From Salinivirgaceae bacterium (GTDB lineage Bacteria; Bacteroidota; Bacteroidia; Bacteroidales; SZUA-534), in the NCBI GenBank assembly GCA_017527435.1, contig JAFXQB010000005.1, forward strand, positions 165,322 through 229,321: a DNA stretch of 64,000 bases. Direction: 5' to 3'. A program made the translations under genes and the position numbers. Below are positions 28,535 through 37,398 of this stretch, one piece after another (the first letter of the stretch is position 1; every line of letters begins with the position of its first letter). The notes beneath the pieces were generated by a model. It saw only the letters and a program-made list of their open reading frames with translations. It did no database searches and was not told the origin of the DNA.

Positions 28535-28574
28535 TGGTTGGCGGCCTTGCAAGGTTAAATGATGTGCCAATGGC

Positions 28575-28636
28575 GTAGAGACGCGGCGCAGAAAAATCAG
28601 CAAAAATCAGTTAGTTCCGCATCTTCTGCGTTCAAA
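28575..28636 (+). repeat. Decayed REP half-site plus aaaaatcNgc tail (homologous to 43044..43146)
   Basis: GTAGAGACGcggcgc lacks a right arm. It is followed by aaaaatcagcaaaaatcagttagttccgcatcttctgcgttcaaa, which aligns with gaaaaatctgcgcaaatctgttcaatctgcgtcgtctgcgttcaaa in the second island. Confidence 0.7.
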
Positions 28637-28644
28637 TGAATTTA

Positions 28645-28652
28645 TATTTTTG
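28645..28652 (+). promoter_or_regulatory. Candidate -7 box TATTTTTG for nifJ
   Basis: It is an exact TAnnTTTG match about 115 nt upstream of ATG 28768. No clear -33 element. Confidence 0.4.
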
Positions 28653-28767
28653 CGGCAAATTTCGGATACGGAAACAAAGAATTAAAAATTTAAATAAAAA
28701 ACAGAGTGTCAGATAGTTGGTAGAGGCTCTAAACCTCTCAACTCTTACCTCTCAACTTTCAAAGATT

Positions 28768-31700
28768 ATGTCGAAGAATTTTGTAACAGTTGACGGCAAC
28801 GAGGCTGCAGCGCACATTGCGTACGAGTTCACGGAGATTGCCGCAATCTACCCCATCACACCGTCGTCACCTATGGCGGAGCACACCGACGCGTGGTCGG
28901 CAAAAGGACGCAAAAATATTTTCGGTCAGCAAGTTACGCTGATTGAAATGCAGTCGGAGGCGGGTGCCATTGGTGCCGTTCACGGAGCGGCGCAGACGGG
29001 CTCGCTGGCCACAAGTTTCACATCGAGCCAAGGCCTTATGCTTATGATTCCGGTGCTGCACCGCATTGCTGGCGAGCGTCTGCCGGTGGTTCTGCACGTG
29101 GCCGCACGCACGGTGGGAACACACGCAATGAGCATCTTCGGCGACCATTCCGACGTTATGGGCTGCCGCAACACAGGTTTCGCAATGCTCTGCACGGGCA
29201 GCGTTCAGGAGGTTATCGACCTTGCCGGAGTGGCTCACCTGGCCGCCGTCAAGGGGCAGACGCCGTTTATGCACTTCTTCGACGGATTCCGCACGTCGCA
29301 CGAGATAAACACCGTGGAAATGATTGACACAAAGGCTCTTGCCGATATGCTCGACCGCGACGCCCTGCAAGCCTTCCGCTCACACGCTCTCAATCCGGAG
29401 CATCCGCTTATGCGCGGAACGGTGCAGAATCCCGACGTCTTCTTTCAAGTGCGCGAGGCCTGCAACCCTTACTACGACGCGCTTCCGCAGATTGTTGAAG
29501 ATTATTTCGAAAAGATAGGCACCCTGACAGGCCGCCACTATCACCTGTTCGACTACTACGGCGCAGCCGACGCCGACCGCGTCATTGTTGCAATGGGCAG
29601 TGTTTCGGGCGCGGTGAAAGAGGCCGTTGACAGCCTGAACGCCAAAGGCGAGAAGACTGGCTTTGTGCAGGTTCACCTTTACCGTCCGTTCAGCGCCGAG
29701 CATCTGCTCAAGGCACTGCCGCAGAGCGTCAAGAGCATTGCCGTGCTCGACCGCTGCAAGGAGCCCGGAAGCGCCGGCGAGCCGCTGTTTGAGGACGTCT
29801 GCTCGGTCATCCTGAACAGCGACAGAAAAATCAAGGTTGTGGGCGGCCGCTACGGACTTTCGTCGAAAGACACCGACCCGGGACAGATTCTGGCCGTGTT
29901 CGCCAATCTGTCTGAAAATGAGCCGAAAAACGGCTTCACCATCGGCATCACCGACGACGTTACGCACCTGTCGCTGCCAACACTGCCGTTCGACAATCAG
30001 GGCGGCGACACCTTCAGTTGCAAGTTCTGGGGCCTTGGCGGCGACGGAACGGTGGGCGCCAACAAAAACACCGTCCACATTGTGAGCGAGTGTGCAGGAC
30101 TCTACGGTCAGGCTTACTTTGAGTACGACGCCAAAAAGTCGTTCGGCGTGACCAAATCGCACCTGCGCTTCGGCAAAAACCCCATCGAAAGTTCGTACTA
30201 CGTGAAAAGCGCCGATTTTGTGGCCTGCCACAATCAGAGTTACATCGGCAAATACGATATTGTGTCGGAAGTGAAGCCGGGCGGCACGTTCCTTCTGAAC
30301 TGTACCAAAACCGACGCCGAACTTGAAGCGTGGCTTCCGGCTGACGTGAAACGGACGCTGGCACTCAACAAGATACGCTTCTGCGTGATTGACGCCACCG
30401 ACATTGCAATGAATATTGGTCTGGGAAGCCACACCAACACGGTGCTTCAGGCCGCCTTCTTCGCCTGCACGGGCATCATCAAGGCCGACGTGGCGCTCGA
30501 GGCTATGAAAGCCGCCTCCCGCAAGACCTATTTTGCTAAAGGCGAGGAAGTTGTGAACAAGAACGTGGCCGCCATCGACAAGGGTGCCGCCGGCGTTCGC
30601 GAGATTAAGGTTCCGGCTGCGTGGGCATCGGCTAAAGAAGTGGAAACCAATGCGGTGGACAACCGCCCCGCTGTGGTGCGCAATCTGCTCGAGCCCATCA
30701 ACGCGCAGAAGGGCGACGACCTGCCTGTGAGCGCTTTCGCCGATAACATCGACGGCACTCTGGAAATGGGCCTGACCGCCTACGAGAAGCGCGGCATTGC
30801 CGTGAAGGTGCCCGTCTGGAACACCGACAAGTGCATTCAGTGCAACCGCTGCTCGCTCGTCTGCCCGCACGCCGTCATCCGTCCATATCTGCTGAACGAG
30901 GCCGAAAAAGCCGCCGCGCCCGAAGGGTTCAAAACGGTTGTGGCCAACGGAAAGGCGAAGACTATGGGGCTTCATTTCGCCTTGAGCATATCGGCGCTCG
31001 ACTGCACAAGTTGCGGCAGTTGCGTGCAGAGTTGCCCGGCCAATGCGCTTGAAATGCAGCCGGCAGTGTTCAGCCAACAAGACCGCGACTGCTTCGAATA
31101 CGGATTGACAATCAGTCAGAAAGGCGATATTTTTGAGCCATACTCGATAAAGGGAAGCCAATTCCGTCAGCCGCTGCTCGAATTCTCGGCAGCCTGCGCA
31201 GGTTGCGGCGAGACGCCATACGCCAAACTGCTCACCCAACTGTTCGGCGACCGCGTGTTCTGGGCCAATGCCACAGGCTGCTCGCAGGCGTGGGGCTCGG
31301 CAATGCCCGGAATCCCTTACACGGTGAACCACCGCGGCTTCGGTCCGGCCTGGACCAACAGTCTGTTCGAGAACAATGCCGAACTCTGCCTGGGAATGTA
31401 TCTGTCTGTTAAACAGCGCCGTGCATTGCTCAAAGAGAAGATTGAGACTATGGCCGCCACAGCACAAGGCGACCTGAAAGAGGCTTGCGGCCAATGGCTG
31501 GCAACATTCGACGACATTGACAAATCGCGCGAAGCAACTGATACACTGATAGATAATCTGCAAAAGAACGCTGACGCAAAAGCGGCCGACATTCTGGCTC
31601 AGAAAGACGTTCTGTCGAAGAAGACCTTCTGGATGTTCGGCGGCGACGGCTGGGCCTACGACATTGGCTTCGGCGGCCTTGACCACGTGATTGCCGGCGG

Positions 31701-32247
31701 TGAGAATATCAATGTATTTATCATTGACACAGAGATTTACTCGAACACGGGCGGACAGAGCAGCAAGGCAACGCCGATGGGCGCTGTGGCAAAATTCGCC
31801 GCTTCGGGCAAAAAGAGCCGCAAAAAGGACCTTGGCGCCATAATGATGACCTACGGCAACGTGTATGTGGCGCAGGTGGCAATGGGCGCCGACCCGAACC
31901 AACTGATTAAGGCCGTGAAAGAGGCCGAGGAGTACGACGGACCGTCGATTGTGATTGCCTACACGCCTTGCGCGTCGCACGGAATCTGCATTGGTATGCA
32001 CCGCGTTCAGGAGGAGATGAAACGTGCCGTTGAGAGCGGCTACTGGCTGCTCTACCGCTACGACCCTCGCCGCGAGCACCCGTTCCAACTCGACTCGAAA
32101 GCGCCCACAATGCCATACAAGGAGTTCCTGGCCGGCGAGGTGCGCTACAACTCGCTCACCCGCAGTTTCCCCGAAAATGCCGAAAAACTCTTCGAGCAAG
32201 GCAGCCACGATGCCGAGGAGAGGTACAAACGGTATTCGGAGATGTGA
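28768..32247 (+). CDS. nifJ: Pyruvate:ferredoxin (flavodoxin) oxidoreductase
   Basis: 1159 aa from ATG 28768 (MSKNFVTVDGNEAAAHIAY); the track start 28717 is an upstream TTG. It has two 4Fe-4S ferredoxin motifs (CIQCNRCSLVCPHAVIRP; CTSCGSCVQSCPANAL) and the TPP motif GGDGWAYDIGFGGLDHV. Confidence 0.96.
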   Translation: MSKNFVTVDGNEAAAHIAYEFTEIAAIYPITPSSPMAEHTDAWSAKGRKNIFGQQVTLIEMQSEAGAIGAVHGAAQTGSLATSFTSSQGLMLMIPVLHRIAGERLPVVLHVAARTVGTHAMSIFGDHSDVMGCRNTGFAMLCTGSVQEVIDLAGVAHLAAVKGQTPFMHFFDGFRTSHEINTVEMIDTKALADMLDRDALQAFRSHALNPEHPLMRGTVQNPDVFFQVREACNPYYDALPQIVEDYFEKIGTLTGRHYHLFDYYGAADADRVIVAMGSVSGAVKEAVDSLNAKGEKTGFVQVHLYRPFSAEHLLKALPQSVKSIAVLDRCKEPGSAGEPLFEDVCSVILNSDRKIKVVGGRYGLSSKDTDPGQILAVFANLSENEPKNGFTIGITDDVTHLSLPTLPFDNQGGDTFSCKFWGLGGDGTVGANKNTVHIVSECAGLYGQAYFEYDAKKSFGVTKSHLRFGKNPIESSYYVKSADFVACHNQSYIGKYDIVSEVKPGGTFLLNCTKTDAELEAWLPADVKRTLALNKIRFCVIDATDIAMNIGLGSHTNTVLQAAFFACTGIIKADVALEAMKAASRKTYFAKGEEVVNKNVAAIDKGAAGVREIKVPAAWASAKEVETNAVDNRPAVVRNLLEPINAQKGDDLPVSAFADNIDGTLEMGLTAYEKRGIAVKVPVWNTDKCIQCNRCSLVCPHAVIRPYLLNEAEKAAAPEGFKTVVANGKAKTMGLHFALSISALDCTSCGSCVQSCPANALEMQPAVFSQQDRDCFEYGLTISQKGDIFEPYSIKGSQFRQPLLEFSAACAGCGETPYAKLLTQLFGDRVFWANATGCSQAWGSAMPGIPYTVNHRGFGPAWTNSLFENNAELCLGMYLSVKQRRALLKEKIETMAATAQGDLKEACGQWLATFDDIDKSREATDTLIDNLQKNADAKAADILAQKDVLSKKTFWMFGGDGWAYDIGFGGLDHVIAGGENINVFIIDTEIYSNTGGQSSKATPMGAVAKFAASGKKSRKKDLGAIMMTYGNVYVAQVAMGADPNQLIKAVKEAEEYDGPSIVIAYTPCASHGICIGMHRVQEEMKRAVESGYWLLYRYDPRREHPFQLDSKAPTMPYKEFLAGEVRYNSLTRSFPENAEKLFEQGSHDAEERYKRYSEM

Positions 32248-32289
32248 TTGAAAAGGTAAGAGGGGGAGAGTTTAGGGTTTAGATGATTG

Positions 32290-32328
32290 AGAAGGTTTGG
32301 TGCTGATGCGCTGAACCTTCTTTTTTTG
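32290..32328 (+). terminator. Rho-independent terminator of nifJ
   Basis: gaaggtt (32291-97) ... aaccttc (32314-20) form the stem, followed by TTTTTTT. Confidence 0.75.
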
Positions 32329-32446
32329 TGCATATCGGCACCCGAAAACACTTTTTTCGCCCCCGATTCAAAAAAAATCGCCCGGCAGATGCCAAAATCA
32401 TTAAATAGTAACTACTTTCAAGCGGTTTTTTGCAAAAAACGTATTT

Positions 32447-33223
32447 ATGAAATCACACGAAATTGACTACAAAGTTATCGGGCACGACATTCAACTTGTT
32501 GAGGTTGAGCTTGACCCGGGCGAGACGGTGATTGCCGAGGCCGGCACAATGATGTATATGGAGGACGGCATTGAGTTCGACACCAAGATGGGCGACGGCT
32601 CAAACCCGCAGGCCGGATTCTTCGACAAGCTGCTGTCGGCGGGCTCGCGGATGATTGCCGGCGAGTCGGTTTTCATCACGCACTTCACCAACCGTGGCTT
32701 CGGCAAGCGCCACGTGGCCTTCTCGGCGCCCTATCCGGGCACCATTATGCCGGTGAATCTTGCGCAGTCGGGCTACAGCATCATTGTGCAGAAAGACGCC
32801 TTCTTGTGCGCCGCGCTTGGCACACGCATATCGATAACCTTCAACCGCCGCCTGGGAGCGGGTCTGTTTGGCGGCGAGGGCTTTATTCTGGAGCGGCTCG
32901 ATGGCGATGGAATGGCCTTCCTGCACGCCTGCGGTGCCGTGGTTGAACGGCAGCTCAACAACGAGACGCTGCGCGTTGACACGGGCTGCATTGTGGGCTT
33001 TGAGCCGCAAATCGATTACGACATACAGGTGGCCGGAAACCTGAAATCGTCGCTGTTTGGCGGCGAGGGCCTGTTTGTGGCAACTCTGCGCGGCACGGGG
33101 CGCGTATGGCTGCAGAATATGCCTGTCCGCAAGCTGATTCAGGCTTTGATGCCGCAGTCGCCCAACGCTCGCAAAGAGAACCAAAGTCTGTTCAACAACC
33201 TGAACAATCTGTTTGAACGATAA
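32447..33223 (+). CDS. TIGR00266/AIM24 (DUF124) family protein
   Basis: 258 aa. The N-terminus MKSHEIDYKVIGHDIQLVEVELDPGETVIAEAGTMMYMEDGIEF and the GGEG repeats are typical of this family. Confidence 0.85.
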   Translation: MKSHEIDYKVIGHDIQLVEVELDPGETVIAEAGTMMYMEDGIEFDTKMGDGSNPQAGFFDKLLSAGSRMIAGESVFITHFTNRGFGKRHVAFSAPYPGTIMPVNLAQSGYSIIVQKDAFLCAALGTRISITFNRRLGAGLFGGEGFILERLDGDGMAFLHACGAVVERQLNNETLRVDTGCIVGFEPQIDYDIQVAGNLKSSLFGGEGLFVATLRGTGRVWLQNMPVRKLIQALMPQSPNARKENQSLFNNLNNLFER

Positions 33224-33251
33224 AGTCGGCATTATAAAGATTAAAAAATCA

Positions 33252-33279
33252 GTAGAGACGGTGCGTGTGCCGTCTCTAT
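33252..33279. repeat. REP-family hairpin between convergent genes (likely bidirectional terminator)
   Basis: GTAGAGACGG-tgcgtgtg-CCGTCTCTAT. It has the same arm sequence as the RAYT-flanking REPs. It lies between the stops of 32447..33223 (+) and 33299..34027 (-). Confidence 0.75.
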
Positions 33280-33298
33280 GTGTTTTATACCATCTTCA

Positions 33299-34027
33299 TC
33301 AAGCCATCAGCGCCACAATGCCGCTGACAGCCATGTAGGCATATATCACCTTCCGTAAGGCGGGTGAAGGAATCCGGTCGAACACTTTTTTGCCAATCCA
33401 TGAGCCAATCACCACGCCCACCAGCGCATACAGCCAGCACCAGCCCACCAGCGGCGTGCAGAAGCCGCATTGGGCACGGTAGACGGTCATAAACACATTG
33501 CCGATGAAAAAATAAACCTGCGTCTGCGCCAGATAACGCTCTTTATCCGATTCCGACGCCACAAAATAGAGCACGGCCGGCGGTCCCTGCATGGCGAAAA
33601 GTCCGCCCATGACACCACTCAAAGTTCCCATCGACAATTGGATTGGAATGGTCGGACGCAGATGGATTTTATCGCTAATTATCAGGAAGTAAGCGCTCAT
33701 CACTAAAAGTATTAGTCCAAGTAGATGCTTCAGGTGAGTGTCGCTTGCTATTGACACATACCGGACGGCAAAAAACGATACAACCAGAAAAGTGAGCAGT
33801 ATTGGTATCACCCGCTTCCAGTCAATCAGGCGGTAGATGGCCACAAGCACATAGAGCGACTGCGCCGCCGACAGCATCCCCGACAGAGTGGTGGCTTCGC
33901 CATACGAAGGCATCAAATGGGGGAGCATTGTCATTATGAAAATTCCAAACCCGAATCCGCTCACCCGTTGCACAAAACTCGCGCCGGTGCAGAAAACAAT
34001 TAACAGGATGATGGCTGTTGTTGTCAT
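33299..34027 (-). CDS. TauE/SafE family sulfite/anion exporter
   Basis: 242 aa with about 7-8 TM helices. Gly-rich helices (GTLSGVMGGLFAMQGPP) are typical of TauE/SafE permeases. Confidence 0.8.
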   Translation of the reverse strand: MTTTAIILLIVFCTGASFVQRVSGFGFGIFIMTMLPHLMPSYGEATTLSGMLSAAQSLYVLVAIYRLIDWKRVIPILLTFLVVSFFAVRYVSIASDTHLKHLLGLILLVMSAYFLIISDKIHLRPTIPIQLSMGTLSGVMGGLFAMQGPPAVLYFVASESDKERYLAQTQVYFFIGNVFMTVYRAQCGFCTPLVGWCWLYALVGVVIGSWIGKKVFDRIPSPALRKVIYAYMAVSGIVALMA

Positions 34028-34053
34028 AGCGGCTGCAAAGTTATTAGCTAATA

Positions 34054-34085
34054 TTGAATTTTTACCGCCAAAACCCTTATATTTG
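34054..34085 (+). promoter_or_regulatory. Candidate Bacteroides promoter of the LRR gene (-33 TTG, -7 TATATTTG)
   Basis: TATATTTG at 34078-34085 is an exact TAnnTTTG match. TTG at 34054-34056 lies 21 nt upstream. The ATG is 43 nt downstream. Confidence 0.5.
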
Positions 34086-34127
34086 TTCTTTGTGAATTCT
34101 TGATAACAAACTAAAACACATACTGCT

Positions 34128-37082
34128 ATGAAAAGATTTTTGGTCTTTCTGTTTGCCGTTGCGTTTGCCGGACAGGCGTGGGCAGATGAAGTAAATTTCG
34201 ATTTCTCTGCCGTATGCAGCAGTGGACAAACTTTGTATTACAAAATAATAAGTAGTACAGAAGTTGCAGTCACATTCCCGAATCGTTCGACAGGCGGCTA
34301 CGATGGCTACAACAAACCATCAGGAGCCATTGTTATTCCGGAAACAGTTGTTCACCCAGAAACCGGTGTGTCGTATAGTGTTACAAGCATTACCGCCGGC
34401 GCTTTTTATTATTGTGATATAACATCAATCAGTCTTCCTAATTGCATTACTAACGTTGGCATGTGGGCGTTTGGCGATTGGGACAAATTGCAATTTAATG
34501 AAGAAGAAGACGCAAAGTATTTGGGTAATGCAGAGAACCCGCATTTATGCCTAATGCGTGTAAAATCAGAAAACATTACAACATTCGAGATTAATAACAA
34601 TTGCAAGTGCATATCAGGAAGTGCGTTTAGTGGTAGCGGATTAGAATCAATAACTATTCCTAATAGTGTTGCAGGTATTAGCGAATCTGCCTTTGATGGT
34701 TGTGGGAAACTACGGGCAATAACCTTTGGCAACGGTATTAAAAAAATTGGTAATTATGCTTTTTCTGGTTGCAGCAAGCTTTATTCCATCAGCATACCCA
34801 ATTCAGTAACAAGTATTGGCGATTACGCATTTGAATATTGCAGCAACCTTTATTATGTTACTCTTGGCAGCGGCATTGAAACCATCGGCACAGATGCTTT
34901 CAATAATTGTCCGATTGAAACTCTAACCTATAACAGCAATATTGCAGGCTCAAAACTCGATGGATTAACAACGCTTAAAACTGTTAATGTGGGCAACCTG
35001 GTTACAAGCATTGGCAATGGTGCGTTTAAAAACAGCAGCGGTCTGACAGCAATAAACGTATCGGAAGAAAATAATGATTTTTGCTCAATTGACGGTGTGG
35101 TGTTCAGCAAAGACAAAAAAACACTGATACGTTGTCCGGCCGGAAAATCAGGCTCATACACCATCCCCGACGGTGTTACAGCTATTGGTAAGTATGCGTT
35201 CTGTGGTTGCAAAAGCCTTTCTTCGGTAACAATACCTAACAGCGTTACAAGCATCGGCGACTTTGCGTTCTATCAATGCCACGGCTTGGAATCAATTGCT
35301 ATCCCCGAAAGTGTAGAAAGTATTGCCGACAATGCATTTGGCAGTTGTTTAAAATTGAAATCGATAACTATCCCCGGTTCGGTAAAAAGTGTTGGTAACT
35401 CGGCATTTTCGATGTGTGTTTTGGAATCGGTAATTTTTGAAAATGGCGTTACAAGCATTGGAAGCTCTGTGTTCAGCAATTGCAAAAAACTGAAATCGGT
35501 AACCATTCCTAATTCTGTGACAAGTATTGGACAAAGTGCTTTCTATGAATGTAGTAATTTGGAATCGGTCACTCTTCCAAACAACATTACAAGTATTAAA
35601 TATGGTATGTTCAGCGGTTGCAGCAGTCTGCCGTCAATCAATATCCCTGAAGGTGTCACAAGCATTGCCGACTATGCGTTCAATGGTTGCAGTAGTTTTA
35701 CATCGATAACTATTCCGGGTTCGGTGACAAGCCTGGGCCATGGAGCATTATATGGTTGCAGCGGACTAACAGCAGTATGTATTCCTGAATCAGTAACAAG
35801 TTTCGGGAAGTATGTTTTTAAGAATTGTACCGATTTGGCGGGAGTTTGTTATGAAGGATGCAACGTTCCCGAATTTGGTGAAGCAATGTTCGATGGTGAT
35901 GACGGTTTAAACTATGTGTGCGTACCGGCAACGTATATGGGCGATTCTTGGGGTGGTAAGCCAACAATGAAAAGCGGACACCAAGTAACAACCGAGCCGG
36001 CAACCGCCACTTGCACTGAACCAGGGCTGTCAGAAGGCTCGTATTGCTCATGCTGCGGAAAAGTTTTCGCAACACCGCACGAAGTAGCTGCATTAGGTCA
36101 CAGCTACAGCACCACCGTTGTTACCCCAACTTGTACCGAAGTAGGTTACACAACGCACACCTGCTCTGCATGCAGCTATATGTATAATTCAGACACGGTT
36201 GCAGCCAAAGGCCACAAAGCCGATAGTGTTGAATTTGAGAATATTATACCGGCAACCTGCACCGCCGCCGGCTCAAAAGATTCTGTGGTTTTCTGCTCGG
36301 TTTGTCAACTTGAAATGAGTCGCGAAGAGCGTGCCATTCCAGCTCTCGGCCATACCGAAGTTGTGAATGAAGCTGTGGCGCCAACCTGCACTAAAGCCGG
36401 CAAGACCGAAGGAAAATACTGCTCTGTTTGCAATGCGGTGATTAAACTGCCGATTGCTATTCCGGCCACCGGCCATACAGCAGACAGTGTTGCGTTTGAA
36501 AACGTTGTGGCCGCAACCTGCACCGTTGCCGGCACAAAAGATTCGGTGGTCTATTGTTCGGTTTGCCAAGATGAGTTGTCACGTGAGACAAAAGAGATTC
36601 CGGCCAAAGGTCACACCGTTGTTATAGACGAAGCTGTTGAGCCAACCTGCACCAAAACAGGATTGGGAGAAGGCAAGCATTGTTCTGTTTGCAATGAATA
36701 CGATTGGACACAAGAACTTATACCACCATTAGGCCACGATTTTGGCAAGTACGTTTATAACAACGACGCCACTCTTGAAGCGGATGGCACTGAAACCGCC
36801 ATATGCTCACGTTGCGGCGAAAAAGACACCCACGTGGCCGAAGGCACCAAACTGAATGCCACCGCCGTTTCCGATGCTGCCAGCACGTTGAACATCTACG
36901 CCAACCACAACATTATTGTGGTTGAGAACGCCACCGATGAAATCCGTGTTTATGACGCAATGGGCAAATTAATTTGTAGGGACGTGGCGTGCCGCGTCTC
37001 TACAACCGAAATTCGCGTCACAACCCCCGGCGTTTACATTGTCAAAACCGGCAACGCAGTTAAACGGGTGGTGGTGAATTAA
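34128..37082 (+). CDS. Secreted BspA-type leucine-rich-repeat protein with Cys/His tandem repeats and a T9SS type A C-terminal sorting domain
   Basis: 984 aa. It has a signal peptide (FAVAFAGQAWA) and about 20 LRR_5-like units (IPNSVTSIGDYAF..C..L). Seven GH..PTCT..G...C..C repeats follow. The C-terminus LNIYANHNIIVVENATDEIRVYDAMGKLI...PGVYIVKTGNAVKRVVVN is typical of Por/T9SS tails. Confidence 0.85.
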   Translation: MKRFLVFLFAVAFAGQAWADEVNFDFSAVCSSGQTLYYKIISSTEVAVTFPNRSTGGYDGYNKPSGAIVIPETVVHPETGVSYSVTSITAGAFYYCDITSISLPNCITNVGMWAFGDWDKLQFNEEEDAKYLGNAENPHLCLMRVKSENITTFEINNNCKCISGSAFSGSGLESITIPNSVAGISESAFDGCGKLRAITFGNGIKKIGNYAFSGCSKLYSISIPNSVTSIGDYAFEYCSNLYYVTLGSGIETIGTDAFNNCPIETLTYNSNIAGSKLDGLTTLKTVNVGNLVTSIGNGAFKNSSGLTAINVSEENNDFCSIDGVVFSKDKKTLIRCPAGKSGSYTIPDGVTAIGKYAFCGCKSLSSVTIPNSVTSIGDFAFYQCHGLESIAIPESVESIADNAFGSCLKLKSITIPGSVKSVGNSAFSMCVLESVIFENGVTSIGSSVFSNCKKLKSVTIPNSVTSIGQSAFYECSNLESVTLPNNITSIKYGMFSGCSSLPSINIPEGVTSIADYAFNGCSSFTSITIPGSVTSLGHGALYGCSGLTAVCIPESVTSFGKYVFKNCTDLAGVCYEGCNVPEFGEAMFDGDDGLNYVCVPATYMGDSWGGKPTMKSGHQVTTEPATATCTEPGLSEGSYCSCCGKVFATPHEVAALGHSYSTTVVTPTCTEVGYTTHTCSACSYMYNSDTVAAKGHKADSVEFENIIPATCTAAGSKDSVVFCSVCQLEMSREERAIPALGHTEVVNEAVAPTCTKAGKTEGKYCSVCNAVIKLPIAIPATGHTADSVAFENVVAATCTVAGTKDSVVYCSVCQDELSRETKEIPAKGHTVVIDEAVEPTCTKTGLGEGKHCSVCNEYDWTQELIPPLGHDFGKYVYNNDATLEADGTETAICSRCGEKDTHVAEGTKLNATAVSDAASTLNIYANHNIIVVENATDEIRVYDAMGKLICRDVACRVSTTEIRVTTPGVYIVKTGNAVKRVVVN
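36975..37004. repeat. REP-family palindrome inside the LRR protein CDS
   Basis: TGTAGGGACGtggcgtgccgCGTCTCTACA is in frame as CRDVACRVST within the C-terminal sorting domain. Confidence 0.85.
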
Positions 37083-37112
37083 TAATCTGCGTAAATAATT
37101 GAAAAATATGAT

Positions 37113-37141
37113 TGTAGAGACGATGTATACATCGTCTTTAC
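37113..37141. repeat. REP-family hairpin 30 nt after the LRR gene stop (probable terminator)
   Basis: tGTAGAGACGATGTA-TACATCGTCTTTAC is followed by T-rich sequence (tttttttact) and preceded by aatctgcgtaaat. Confidence 0.7.
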
Positions 37142-37398
37142 TTTTTTTACTGCAATTATTTCTAAAAACTTCCGCTCGCCAAAAATGTTTCGTCTTTTTC
37201 CAACGAAAACCTTTCGCCGAATCATCTTTTTTCAATCCTTCCTACATTCATTCAATTCTTCTTTTCCCCCTTCCCGTTTTCCCCTTCCCATTACCTTGGC
37301 ACACAATTTGCTAATACGTATATCCACCATTTTTATATGGCACAATTGTTTAAACAGCAAAATCACTAATTTCGCGCGATTTTTTTGAACTTATTAAG

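Noticed and set aside
29380-32208. 942-aa minus-strand ORF
   Set aside because: It is fully antisense to nifJ, whose identity is unambiguous (ferredoxin and TPP motifs). Its A/R/G/V-rich composition is typical of shadow frames in GC-biased codon usage.
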